A DNA stretch of 63,280 nt, filler included, from Sphacelaria rigidula (Eukaryota): the NCBI GenBank assembly GCA_964200075.2. It is 2 parts of 2 records of this genome, joined end to end, with 100 filler letters (N's around TTAATTAATTAA, not from the genome) between each part and the next. Parts side by side here need not be neighbours in the genome. Positions count along the whole stretch, not along the records: positions 1 to 31,651 come from CAXNAA020000047.1; 1 more part is not named here. One strand, 5' to 3'. The notes beneath the pieces were generated by a model. The model worked only from the letters and a program-made list of their open reading frames with translations. It had not been told where the DNA came from and searched no databases. Position 1 is the stretch's first letter. Each line of letters begins with the position of its first letter. The position numbers were made by a program, and so were the translations under genes. Below are positions 11,967 to 29,708 of this stretch, piece by piece.

Positions 11967-14598
11967 AGCCGCCGCACCCCGGTGGTCCAAGTGGTACATC
12001 CTAAAGCTGGATAGGGCGGAGTCGAGGGCTCGAACCCCAGCAGATACAATCCTCGTCTGTTTCTTCCCCCGAGAGTACAGTAGCTGGCTTTCATCGTTAA
12101 AACCGTAAGGACGCACGTGTGAGGAGAAACAGCAATTCTTGGCGGATGCTCCCGCGATGCAGGAGCGCTCATCCTATTATTCCACGATTCTAAAACATTT
12201 ATGCTCAGCACGCCCGTGAAAATGACAGAGAAAAACAAGAAAAAAATGGACGCAGATATAATGTTTGGAACCACAGTCACAGGTGTTGTTTTCTACGGGA
12301 TTTTACCTTCTACAGCTCTCGCGAGGTCACAAGCGTCTGAGCGAAGATTTCTAGCCTGCACGCATGGATAGATGAGACATTGGTGCGGCCTGTGGCGAAG
12401 ATCGCAAGAGTAGTCACGTGGGGGTTCTTCCGCGAGCCACCAGCAAAGCTTCATGGCTTCTTCCAGTATCTCCAAATCAAGCCACCGTCCGTCCAGAACT
12501 CAGAATCCATACTTCTATCAGAAGTGTGATAGGTTCTATCAAAGTTACCACCGTCCTTGTCGTCGATCTTGTCGAACATAAAACGCCACAATGGATGGTC
12601 CCTTGAGACGATGAACTCGTCCCAAGGAAAGGGAGGGGTGTACTCATGATCTTGCATGCCATGGTCATGAGACCATAGACCTCGCATCCCTACAAAGCCG
12701 GGACGGAGCACGCCGGGTTTTCGCCGGGTCAGGCTCGCACTCAATCACCTCGTGCGAAGCGCCGTGACGTATGGCAAGTCGCATGAAGCGTGAGCTGCAT
12801 CCTACTAAGATTCTTCCGCCGAAGCCTACTGATTACCTTGCGTTTGGATGACAGCCTTCAATGAGATGCTTCACTTTCTGGTGTTACCACTTCCAGAGAC
12901 AGCCACGGCTTATCCACTGCCTCATGGGTGTCACATCATTTCAACACCACGCAGTACCATCATCCCCTTTGCGCGGAATCGAGCTTCTCCCACCTCGCAC
13001 AACATGATCTAGCTCGACCACCATCATGGTTACCGCAAAAAAAAACGCAAGCGCGCAAAAACCTCGGGAACCTGGTTGCCTAGCTCACGCAGATAGTGGC
13101 GTGCTTTGCAGCGTCATCGGCAACCGACGCCAACCCCATCGGGAGTCCGCCCTTACAAAGCCAGGGTGGAGTACGCCCGGCTTTCGCCTTAGCAGGCTAG
13201 AGGGAGGGATTACAATGATCACCGCACGCAACAAAAAACATATACCGTGGGGTCCTCAACGCTGCAAATAAAAACTCTCGAACACCAAGGGACTCCGTGG
13301 TACCGTACACCACCTCAACCACCTTCTATTCATAGTCTGTTTCCTCCGTGTAAGTGCTCACACAGTACGGGCGATGAAAGAGTGATCTAAGTACTGTGGC
13401 GAGAGATAGTAAAGAGGGTGGGGAATTGGGGCGGAGAAAACACGAAGACGAGAAAGAGAGATCCACACATGATCAGCGTTGTTCCTTTTCAATATTATGG
13501 AGGCATTGTACTGAAATTTTATATCTCATGATCCGCGGCGTCAATCGGAGACGGTCATACTCTAAGGCCTAAAATTTGGTGAGACTAAAGGGGGCGGACG
13601 TCCTTGGAAGAGAGGTCTCCACATCAGCATGGATACCTGGCGCTACAAACCAGCTTTCGCGCGTTTGAAAGCCGGATGGGAAAGGGTGCCCATCACTACA
13701 AATGTTGAAAGCGTCCATTGCACGACATATATTCGCGCAATGTAATACCCGACGAAGTTGACACTGTGTGTTCCTAGTGCCAGTACAACGAGTACTGTAG
13801 AACTGACTGTACGATGCGAGCCACGCCTCGACAGGGCTAGAATACCCGCAATCCATTCGTGAAAAAATAAAAAATACAACTAGCACTCTGTCCTATTCTG
13901 GAACCAAGTGAAACCTCTGCACAAGGGTGATCACGCGCCTGCCAGAGAAAGGTGAACATCTTCACGTGGGAGCACACTACGGAAGAATATCTGGTTGATT
14001 CTGATAGAAGAAAACTGCAGCAACTGCCCCTGTCATGTTCAGACCGTCGTTGTAACGCCCACGCTAGGTCTGGCACTGTGAGGGAGGAGACGTTGCCTCC
14101 TGCCCGAGCAGGTCCACAGTGATCGTTGACAGAAGACCCTCGTCTCCTTGGCTACGATGTGCGGCCGCGTCTTGCTCGGCACGGCCTATAAAACTTGAGG
14201 GCATCTGCCTCCAACATATGGAGAAACTCAACTGGTGGTTATTCCCGGCCTTGGTGCCAGCCTCGACCAACAGGGGGGCGATGTAAATAACAAGGATGGC
14301 AAGATCTACTCCTGTCTCCGCGCGGATTTCATATCGTTACCCTCTTGAACTGTCATCAGAAAGTGTTCTTGTTTTCGGAATCACTGCAGCATCGTGCATA
14401 ATCATCCTTTCAAGCCTGCAGCGCACAAAATGCGTTAGGTCGCCAAAACTGCTGCGTCAGCACCTACCTGCGGCTGCAGTCCACACATACGTCAAGTTGC
14501 AGCATCATCAGACGCCTCGTGTACTGTGTTGGGGCGCCTAATCTTCAAAAATATCGCCTCCATATTATTGAAAAAGAATAACACTGTGATATGTTGTT

Positions 14599-14651
<53 letters not shown>

Positions 14652-17600
14652 CGTTGTCGTTGTTGTTGTCGTCGTCTTCACATTAAATACCGTTCCGATA
14701 TATTCTCAGTAGTTGCTACTGCCGTAGCGGGCATCTGATGCGAAAGCCTTCCATGGTCATAGGCTCATCTACTCAACATAACACATGTGGAAATGAAAAC
14801 TGGAGACGAAAAAAAAAAAGATAACACAGACGCGGCCCCACCAAAAAGAAAATTACACCAACAACAGAAGATCCGGTGCCGCAGGCGACCATGTGAACTG
14901 GCATAGATGGAGCCCAGCGTCCCCGCTCGACCCGCAAAGCCAAGCAGAAATTTTAACGCGAAGCACAAAAAAAAAACACTGTGTAGATGAATCCCCACCA
15001 CCAAGAAATACGCCAGGCAATCAAAACGCGCAAAACGCGGCCATCACCTTGGTCTCCGTAACGGGCTTGGACTTGCCCATGGGATCTGGTGGCGGCGCTG
15101 GAAGTGGAAGCAGCGAGACGCTCCGCTCATCTCGCGCGACCACAACAGGCGGCGAGCTGATTGGTGGGGGTTCCGGTCTGACCCGCACGATTACCTGCGC
15201 ACAGGGCGAGGTTGTTAGTAGCGAACCGGTTGCGTTTTCAGTGACCCTTGTAGGGCAAAGTGGTAAACAAAGTGCAGTTAAGGCCCCCGTTGTTGTACGC
15301 CCTGTCCGTTACAAGGCGCAGGAACGGGCTCTATTGATACTGTTGATGCATGCTAAAACGTCGCAGAAAATAGAGATGTACAAGATGGGCCAGCCGAGAA
15401 CACCGCATTGTCTCAGATGGTCATAATTTTTCGAACGGCCTCGAGTAGGGGCAAGCTGAGCATACCACTGTGATCGGCTAGTTGAGGCGGTCACGCGGAG
15501 CCATCCAGCTCAGGAATGTCCGCCGTTGATAGTTGGTGTCGTGAAAGCCGCGCCTCCGTCTTGGGAGTTCCGTGTTGATTGTCGCACATTAACGGGTCTA
15601 CGAGGGACCCGGCCGTGTTTACAAGATAGATGTACTTAACGTGAACAAAAACGGAGCGATTACGGAAGAGAGAAGTAAAGAATATATATACAAATATATA
15701 CACACATGAAACAAACTAAAGGGGTATACTGAGAAACAAGGGCCAAAATGAATTAATACAGACAAGAACTGAAACAAACACCGATTGATTGGTTGATTGA
15801 TTGATTGTCGTACTTTGACTGACCACCCATGGGTCCAGCCGTGGTCGCATGATAGACGTACCCAACAAAAGGCAGAATGAAACACTCGCTCAAGAAAAGA
15901 AGGAACAAAAAAAAGTCGAACAGAACGACATAGTAGACCAAGACGTGAAAAAAAAATCAACAAAAGCGAAGCCCAGAAAGAGATGGCCGACCTGAACCCA
16001 GAAAAAGGAGCAAAAAAAAAAGGAATGGAATAACTGAAAAGGAAAGAATGAAGACAGAAAACATATACAAAAAACGACCCGAAACAGGAAGGGAAGAGAA
16101 AGGAACATGGAGTGTAGTACGTGCCATGTGTATGTGCTGACCCTTCAAAAAAATAACATAAAAATAAACTGTTCCGAAATCTACCAAACATTTCATACGT
16201 CGGACAGATCATGATCTGTCTGAAACAACTAATGAAAGAAGACTCTCGAGTCCATTGGTCCAAAAACACAAAATATGTGACAGCGGAGTCAGTAAAGCCA
16301 AAGCGCAACCTTTACACTACTCGGCATGCTCAGCTTCCGGCACCGTAAGGAGCGAACATGGAAAAGTAGGGTCAGATGATACGGATCATGATCCAGATCA
16401 GTATACTGGGAAGAAGTAATTTTCAGACGGATCATGATCTGTCCGACGTGTGAAAACATTTTGAGCGTGTTAACGACACCAGCGGCGAGAAGAAAGCGGT
16501 GAAGGTTTCTTCCCGTGATTGGCAATCGTTCAAACTTCATAGCCAAGACCCCCAGATCCTATATTATATTCAACATTTATATGCAGAGCGATTCCTGTGC
16601 CAATATCACACATATATCGCCAACCGCGGGTCAATTTTTCGAGTCGGGATCTGAACTCTTGACCCGTGACCAGCAAGGTATACTCGCCGACACATTTCCA
16701 CAAGCCGTGATTTCTTCTTCGACACTGTATGACCAGAACCAGCCCAAAGCTGCCACGAAGAAAATGGTCATACAGCGCCGGATGCCTTGTTTTCAGGCTG
16801 CATGAAGGGCCTCATATACGGGGCATTGGCGAAAACAAACCCAAGCGTGGGAATTCCCAGCTGCTCGTTGTGCTCGGCGTTTTTCATTTCGTTTACCGTG
16901 TAGATTTTGCATCCACAAACCAGCCACTTTGGGGGGGCTGGGCAATCGTAGAAAGTGCCCTTCTCTTTTTTTCTCCGTCGAAATATGATCGTCCGGTCGA
17001 ATTGGCCGTTATTTCGGTCGGTCGTATCTTGTCGAGAAGAAGGGGGGGGGGAAAGTTGGGACTCGCCGACATTTGTCGGCGAGAATCTTGCGAACCGTGT
17101 CGAAATTTCAGCACCCCGGAACATATACGCGAAAACTGACAGGTTCAAAGTCCCAAAGATCCCTTTTGGGACTGACTTTGAACATTGACCAGCGCATGAA
17201 ACTATTACACACCCTTTACAACTACAATAGTTGGTAGTTGTTTCTCAAACAACTAACTGTTCAGAATCGTGTGCAACTAGTTGTTCCTAACGACTAACTA
17301 TTTAGAATCGTGCGCAATTAGTTGTTCCCAAACAACGATCTGTTCAGAATCGTGTGCAACTAGTTGTTTCCAAACGACCACCTGGAAGTTGGTCGACAAA
17401 AAACCTAATTTAGTTGGCTATAGTTGGAAAAAATGAAAAAGCTGGATAGTAGTGGTGTGATCTCGTAGCTGTGCAGGACAGGGAGTAGGCCAGAAAAATC
17501 AGGCCGACCCGTTCCTGGATAAAGGAAAAGACAGAAGTATGCCGTGTGATGTAAAGCAAAGGCATACGTCATTCGGGGCGCGAGCATGACACGTTCAAGG

Positions 17601-20600
17601 TTTAGGCATTACTGCTGTTTCATGTGTAAATCACGTCCAACTGGCTTGATCAATCACGGTTCCCCTCCGACATCGAAACACAGACACGTTTGCTGGCCAC
17701 CATCTACTGCTGTTGCTGGTGCAGGGGCGGCTGGTGGCACAGCTGCCATTTGGTGCGCTTGGTCTCTCGTGTGTATTCGTGTGTGAGTGCGCGGGGTGCT
17801 CACATGTTCGTGTGTCAGCTCGATCTCAGCTAACGGTCTATTCGTAATTGTTCCACGATGTTGACAACTACCCGGGCCACCAAACAATTACTCGTTCAGA
17901 ATCGCGTGCAACTGTTATAGTTGTTTCCAAACAACAAACTGTTCAGAATAGTGTGCAACTAGTTGTTTCCAAACAACTACTCTTTCAGAATCGTGTACAA
18001 CAATTTTTCTTCAAAACAACTAATCTCTCAGAATCGTGCGCAACTAGTTGCTTGCAAACAACTAGCCGGTAGTTGGTCGACAAACAACTAACTCAGTCGT
18101 TAGTCATAGTTGTGCAGGACGTGAAATATTTCCAACTCCCCAAGCTCATACCCGGTTCAACTTGTACATTGTCGCAAAATACACCCGTAACCTACCGGTT
18201 ATTAATCGATTTCGACCGAATGCGTTACCACAATTACCCCCGTGGAATATGACTAACATATTGTGGGGCTATGGTGTGTATAGGGGTACCGGTGCCCCCT
18301 CCCCCCCCCCCCCCCCCCACACCCCTTCCCCACCCCACCATCCAACACCAACACCCACCAACAACACCGCACACACAAAAAAACACCAACNNNNNNNNNN
18401 GGGGTACCGGTGCCCCCTCCCCCCCCTCCCCCCCCTCCCGTTCCCAACCGAACTATGCTATAACCCCTCCCCCCCTCTCCCCCTTCCCAAAAAATCTGAA
18501 AACGTGTAAAGGGGGATATTTTCGTTTGGCATGGTTGTGTGTTTGGTTCATTGTTCATTTTTTGTATTGATAATAGAGTATTTTGTGTGATCATGGGCGC
18601 ATTTGGGTTGCAGAGCGGCCTGCAGTCTGCAGTTTGCGATGTAACCAGCTGAGCTGTGTGTGGGAGCGTTGGGCGGCGAGTGATGAGAGCTCTGCAGCAC
18701 GCCTCTCATGCATTATGCGGTGACATGGAACAAAGAAACAAAAATTACTTCGGTATGTCTAGCATGCTTGTGATTGATCCCACTACTGTACCCGCAGAAT
18801 CACGGAAAGGTTATGACCGAAAAACGAACACACGATAGAGTCTCCCGTATAAGTATAAGCAATACAAAGAAACACGTACTTGGAATATGACCAAATAAAT
18901 GCCACAGTATGATTACTGGGCCTGCGGCATGTCACCGCGGGTCTGATATCCAGCCGGTACTTGCATCCACACGGTAACCTACGATGTCTGGAAGAAACGA
19001 ACGTGCCTTCCATTTTTCTTCCTGTTGTTGCTTTTGATCATCCATTTTTCGTTTCACTCCGTTCCTTTTCCGTTCTTGTTTTTTTCAACTATACTTCTTT
19101 GGCGAGGGTACCCGTTCTATTTACGTTGGGTACATCCATATTGTGGATGATGACAACAGCTGGGTCCCTCGGGGATAGGTTAATGTGCGACAATCAATCA
19201 CTCAATTGAAATATATAAAGACAGCCCATGACGATGAAACGGTTCCTTCACCGTTTCCGCCGTTGAGTGTGAAGCTTTTTAAAATCACTGCAGCAAGAAC
19301 CATCAGCACGTTGACATCAAGTACTCGAAGAGCATGTGCGGATCGGCTCACGTGGACTCAACAATATATAAATACGTTCGCAGGTCGAATTTCTACCAGG
19401 GCTTCAAATGAAACCTCGACGGTGAGGTACTACGTAGGTCGACTTTGCGGCATCTACAGGCTGGGCCGCCTAAGCCGCGGACAGGGATGTGAACACGCGA
19501 GTTAAGAGCTGAGTTTCAGATTGTGTTCTATGAAATGTTGACACGATGTACAGGATGTATGTGCCAAGACGCCACCTTTTCCCACACATTTTTTTTTTTT
19601 GAGGTTATTCACTATTTTGTTCCGAAAAAACTGTTCTGAAATGTTTGGACGCTGATAACTCACGGGGAAAAACAAAAAAATGTAGAGGGGGAAAAGTGGC
19701 GTCTTCATACATACATCATGTACATCATGTTACAACTTTATTGAAAACGACCTGAAACTCAGCTGTTAAATCGCGTGTTCGTGTCCAAGACTGGTTCCTA
19801 TGTGGAGATGAACCAGCCACGAAAAAATGAAACGCGGTTATGCTGTTGAATTTCGAGTATTTTTTCACGAAATTTCGACACGATGCGCATGAAGGAACTA
19901 CTATAGCGCAGATTCAAAAAGTCAGCCCAATGTGTGTGTAGCGGATTTCTTGCTTCGGGAAAAGCACACCATCAGATTCTCAGGGTCATCATGACGGAAA
20001 ACGAGGTTAGTCTACCATTTGGTAGACATGGACCTTTCTCTGAAAGTCATGTCTTCGAATAACTCTAACTCTAACCTGAAAATTATGACTTCGAATAGTT
20101 CTAACTCTAACTCCAACCCCCACGAAGGCATACCGAGAATCCTCGGGAAGGGGGGGTGCAAAATGTTACCTAGGTAAAGTGTGCGTTGCGAGACCTCGAA
20201 CCGGGCCCGCAGGCGCCGATTTCGACGAAAACGCGTTTTGCGCACGCGAGGAGCACATCCCCCACTGAAGATCTGGACTTCGGTGTACACACGAAGACCA
20301 AATCGGACAGTTTCATGCTTACCAAATGGTGAACTCGACCGTGGAAAATACGGCCCTTCTTCCCCGTTGCAAACGCAGTGAAAAAGGATGACGTGCAAAA
20401 CCTCCAAAAAAAGACCGTGTTTCTCATCGGCAACAGGTGTGGACCTCTGTAGCCCTTGACCGCTGCGGTCGGTTATTTGTTGAATCGGCATCATTATCAC
20501 TTAGAAAATGAGGATGAGATCCCGAATCACACACCTTGGCCGCCAAAGAGTTGGCGAGGAAGTTCTTTCACAACAGGCCGCTGCATACTCTGCTGTTGTT

Positions 20601-21921
20601 TTGAGTGATAGAGCCTTGGTAGTCTAAAGGTTTCGGGATAAAATGCGTTGGATTTATCGCCGGGGTGGGCATACTCTGCCCACGGTAGAGACGACAAGTA
20701 AACACCATGTAAGCTTCGACGTTTTAAATGAAACGCAACACTAAGCACGACAGTACTTACTGGTGAGAGAAAACAAGTGGTAGCTTGTGCATCCTGCTGT
20801 ACAGTTGTACCGTGCGCTCTGCTCACTTACCCCGCACAGAACATGCCCAATTCTCCGCTTCTTTGGTCAATGTACTCCATGACGATTCATCGTTTGTAGT
20901 GTGAGGAACGACGGCGGTCGTTATCCGTATTTTTTACCGGATGATTTTGAGTCATTCCACGTAGAGATGAAACATCCACCCTTTTCACCCTTCATGCGAC
21001 TCGCCCAACACATCAGGGCGCTTCGCTCTGGGTGATAGCGAGCCTGGTCCCGCAAAAACCCGGCGTGCTCCGTCCCGGTTTTGTAAGGATGCAAGGTCAC
21101 TGGTCATGACTACGGCGTGCAAGATCATGGGTACACCCCCCCCTACGACGTCGAGTACGAGTATCAGTATAGTAAGAGGCTCATGTCAAGATTGAAGATG
21201 GCAATCTTAGTGCGTCCACGCCGTGCCGGACCTTGTGTATATGAACAATGCAAGATATTTTTCAGCTTTCAGGACGCCCACTACTACATGCAATCATACT
21301 GCACCCACCTCATCCTATTGTGTGTTCATCACGAGAAAATGCAACGCGTATACGGTGGGAACTTACAAGTAGTTCGTCTTGGATTCGCCCGCGCAACGTA
21401 GGAGAGGGAGTGACGGGATATAACACCCCCTTGGGGAAAAAGAAGTCGACGCCATTTTTATCAAAACGATAGCGTCAGCGCTGTAAAATATTTCGCTGGA
21501 AACGTATCATCGAGTTTCTTTGGAGTTATGTAACTCTGTGGAATGCAGGGCTTTGTTTTCCGACACAATCGAGAGTGCAACACACATCATCCCTTACAGG
21601 GGTGTTATATTCCGTCACATAACGGCCGGTTTGAAAATTCAAGCTTGTTCCTGGAACTGTACTGTATGTATGTAGTATCCATCCTGGCATGTTTTGGTTC
21701 TTGAACATGATTCCCACGCCCGGTCACACGTCGTGCTGCATCAACGCATGACAACCTTCGATACCTAACATCATCGTAAGCGACAGAGGAAACGACCATA
21801 TTGCGAAGTCGAGCGGACAAAAATCCGTACAGTACTAGCACCCACAACTGTTGTTGCATTTCATTGTTGTCTGTACCTGAACTGGTTCACTGTTCGAATC
21901 GTTTCCTCTACTGGCAGCCAT
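755..21921 (-). CDS. Kinesin motor-domain protein (N-terminal motor), multi-exon, 3' end beyond the window's left edge
   Basis: Exons (minus): 21877-21921 [15 protein letters not shown]; 15048-15194 VIVRVRP...; 6996-7087 [18 protein letters not shown]; 6311-6444 [19 protein letters not shown] (P-loop); 5698-5885 SYVELYN; 3033-3284 ...IEVRECPE; 2327-2622 NEHSSRSH (switch I), LVDLAG; 755-977 SER (completes switch II DLAGSE), [24 protein letters not shown]. All introns GT-AG, phases join to 459 open codons. The expected DSLGG exon is not in the window. Confidence 0.95.
1650..1914. mobile_element. hAT-type MITE, family A
   Basis: Perfect 26-bp TIR CACACGTCGAACAGCTCATGAGCTAC; 8-bp TSD ATTATTTT at 1642-1649 and 1915-1922. 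Confidence 0.9.
2065..2308. mobile_element. hAT-type MITE, family B
   Basis: 15-bp TIR CAAGGGTGTGTTGGG; perfect 8-bp TSD AAACCTTC at 2057-2064 and 2309-2316. Confidence 0.88.
2762..3010. repeat. 17-bp minisatellite
   Basis: About a dozen degenerate copies of CTAGAGTATGACACGCA filling most of kinesin intron 6. Confidence 0.85.
4151..4465 (-). mobile_element. tRNA-derived SINE-like element
   Basis: Head GCCCCGGTGGCCTAA with a degraded B box, body GGAAAGCGTGAGGACGT...GTTGACGCGG and end AAGGGGAGGGG, shared with 35759-36057 and 29392-29708. Confidence 0.6.
8468..9960 (-). mobile_element. Degenerate Ty3/Gypsy integrase with C-terminal chromodomain-like segment
   Basis: HHCC zinc finger HDHALSGDH...CRDCQVCQ containing in-frame stops; core fragments [65 protein letters not shown]-like [25 protein letters not shown]. 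Frameshifted. Lies in kinesin intron 2. Confidence 0.85.
10029..11515. repeat. ~480-bp inverted repeat (10029-10509 and 11038-11515) containing an LTR-like TG...CA segment
   Basis: The arms are reverse complements with scattered mismatches. ORFs 9992..10276(-) and 11271..11555(+) are near-identical in translation. Confidence 0.9.
11615..11917 (+). mobile_element. Retrotransposon gag-like fragment
   Basis: [10 protein letters not shown]...FWNEWADAY...[12 protein letters not shown] resembles the Ty3/Gypsy gag capsid pattern. It follows the LTR-like arm and is cut off by a (CAA)n tract. Confidence 0.5.
11919..11965. repeat. (CAA)n microsatellite
   Basis: Perfect trinucleotide run; (TTG)n also at 5011-5039 and (AAT)n at 7412-7440. 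Confidence 0.95.
11974..12130 (+). mobile_element. SINE head with Pol III A/B boxes
   Basis: TGGTCCAAGTGG (11983-11994) and GGCTCGAACCCC (12027-12038); no complete cloverleaf. Confidence 0.55.
13474..14586. mobile_element. Non-autonomous TIR DNA transposon, ~1.1 kb
   Basis: 31-bp imperfect TIR CAGYGTTRTTCYTTTTCAATAWTATGGAGGC (4 mismatches); TGAT immediately outside both ends; no intact transposase. Confidence 0.7.
14600..14675. repeat. (TTG)n microsatellite
   Basis: Direct observation. Confidence 0.95.
15565..15620 (-). repeat. Retroposon-like 3' end with (TCAA)n tail, dispersed family
   Basis: GGGTCCCTCG...GTTAATGTGCGACAATCAA also at 19160-19205(+) and 24340-24385(+); related TCAA-tailed ends at 15785-15870(-), 28900-28960(+) and 40960-41040(-). 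Confidence 0.6.
16194..16452. mobile_element. hAT-type MITE, family A, second copy in inverted orientation
   Basis: TIR CA(T/C)ACGTCGGACAGATCATGATC; AAACATTT on both flanks (1-nt offset); interior is homologous to 1650-1914. Confidence 0.8.
16740..16935 (+). repeat. Dispersed repeat, second copy at 45741-45940
   Basis: Shared blocks GAAGAAAATGGTCA.ACAGC, GCCTCATAT, CCCAAGCGT, CCAGCTGCT, TGCTCGGC and AGCCACTTT in the same order. Confidence 0.75.
17236..18112. repeat. Two clusters of a 42-bp tandem repeat (17236-17427 and 17872-18112)
   Basis: Unit TAGTTGTTTCCAAACAACTAACTGTTCAGAATCGTGTGCAAC, 3-5 copies per cluster, each cluster ending AGTTGGTCGACAAA. Confidence 0.85.
18391..18400. other. Assembly gap (10 N)
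   Basis: N run; GGGGTACCGGTGCCCCCTCCCC occurs at 18283 and again at 18401. Confidence 0.95.
19491..19780. mobile_element. Fold-back MITE with ~110-bp imperfect inverted arms
   Basis: GAACACGCGAGTTAAGAGCTGAGTTTCAG...AAGACGCCACCTTTTCCC is mirrored at the right end; no clear TSD. Confidence 0.75.
21410..21618. repeat. 20-bp inverted repeat pair (probable transposon ends)
   Basis: GTGACGGGATATAACACCCC versus GGGGTGTTATATTCCGTCAC; a related end at ~23338-23358. Confidence 0.6.
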
Positions 21922-23144
21922 CGCCACTGTTGTTGCTGCTGCTGCTGCTGCTCTCGGAAAGCACAGAATCCCGCCAGCATACAGTATCCACGCTATATAA
22001 TGATGTTCAAATTACCCTCGCCTGGCCCATGAGGCACGCACCTCCCCCCAACCGCGCCACTTCACTCAGGAGGATAGAGTACAGTCTGCGACGATGTATC
22101 ATCGTGGCCTACCCTGGTTTATATTTCTCATAGTCACATTCGATCTTCTATCGGGTACATGCCGTCCCCGTTGACCAGACGGGGTACAAGGGCTTAAAGG
22201 CTTTTGTACAGCACGATTTCCACCTTATCTTCGAGGTGGGTTGACGATCATGCACATAGGTGTAAGCGTATGCGCTTTTTGATAATTCGGTAAAAAAAAT
22301 CTGCTGCATCAGTGTCGGTGGTTTATACCTCGCAGTTCACTTCATCATACACTTTGTATACGTAGTGCTCTTCTTGTGCATACAGTAGTATATACTTCTA
22401 TATTGTGAAAACTTATATGAACCTTCCAGACGATATCACAGCTACAAGATGAATATATAATCACAGGTATATGTGCGGGCGCACTATTCGGGGTCACACA
22501 GGAGAAAGGGGCCAACACAGGAGTTTTCCCGTTTTTGTTTTGTTTTTAACGCTCCACCTTCCTTCTGCGGTGCTTGCTTTTTTTTCAATCGTGAGAGGGG
22601 TTCAGCAGTTCCCTTCATTAGTCGATGATCACTGAGTCGAATTTTTTGTACCCACGACACAGTTTCTCTCCACTGTTGGGCATTGTGTGAGAAAAAAAAC
22701 CACGTAGCTATGAAATTCGAACCCACGACCCAACCGTCAGAAGGTTTCGAGGTTACCAACTGCGGGGCGACCGGCGATTAGAAATAAAGTATAGAACATT
22801 CAGTCAAATATGGCTTTTAATGTGAAGACAACAACAACATGGTGATATGAAAATGAATATACAGTGGAACATGACAATGTCATCTCGGGACGAGCTCCCG
22901 GTCACGGCGTCGCGGCCATTGTACTCTACCATCTGTACTGTACTCTAGGGCTGTGAAGATCATCATCAGTTGCGATCAGGTGCTGATAAAGTGAGTGAAC
23001 CTACACTTTCCACGAAAATATCCAAAAATCTCAGGGTAATCCGGATTTTATAATCGCTGCCAATAACGGAGCTTACACCCATAGGATATCTGAGCCAGCT
23101 ATAAGGACAGGGGCGGAGCTGTGTGGATCACATCCTAGTCTGCC
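21922..23144. promoter_or_regulatory. Putative shared divergent promoter/5' UTR region of kinesin and RUVBL1
   Basis: Head-to-head start codons at 21921(-) and 23145(+), 1.2 kb apart; no specific element identified. Confidence 0.5.
22690..22776 (-). mobile_element. tRNA-like SINE head in the kinesin/RUVBL1 intergenic region
   Basis: Minus strand GCAGTTGGTA...GTCGTGGGTTCGAAT followed by a T run; no acceptor-stem pairing evident. Confidence 0.45.
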
Positions 23145-29327
<6,183 letters not shown>

Positions 29328-29391
29328 TAGACTCCCTCTATCGCCCTTTTTTTCCACTCTCTTCTGTCTGTTGTTTTCTACGTTACCCACC

Positions 29392-29708
29392 ACACCCCGA
29401 TTGTCTGAACTGGTGCGACTGAAACCTGTTGATGCCGGAGATTTCAGGTTCGATTATCGGCAAAATTACATCTACTGTAAGGCGTTTTTGATAAAAAGTG
29501 TGTTATTCCTGTCGTTGAGAAAGCGTGGGGACGTGAGTAGGGAATAAGATTGTTTGACGAACATCGATGACGCTGTGCGAACGTGCTGGTCATGATCCAA
29601 TCCGCGATACCAAAATGGAAGGCGTGTACCAGAGGAGAGATGTCGCCCGATCGCCCGATCTATCCCTCGGAAACTACCGACTCGTCCCGAGTAAGGGGCA
29701 GGGGAGGG
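29392..29708 (+). mobile_element. tRNA-derived SINE-like element, diverged
   Basis: B box GGTTCGATT at ~29447; GAAAGCGTGGGGACGTGAG body; CTCGTCCCGAGTAAGGGG...GGGAGGGG end. Confidence 0.5.

Noticed and set aside
11974-12045. tRNA gene (also 22700-22776 and 35759-35825)
   Set aside because: A/B boxes are present but no acceptor or anticodon stems; better explained as SINE heads. tRNAscan-SE would settle it.
16310-16327. ATG CCG AGT AGT GTA AAG|GT (MPSSVK) as the kinesin first exon
   Set aside because: It lies inside MITE 16194-16452, whose other copy lacks the ATG. Exon 21877-21921 ([11 protein letters not shown]) fits better. Alternative use cannot be excluded without RNA data.
17654-17749. 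[18 protein letters not shown] as a kinesin exon
   Set aside because: No convincing phase-0 donor and no kinesin similarity.
18283-18430. Direct repeat GGGGTACCGGTGCCCCC around the N10 gap
   Set aside because: Most likely overlapping contig ends with poor sequence after a poly(C) run.
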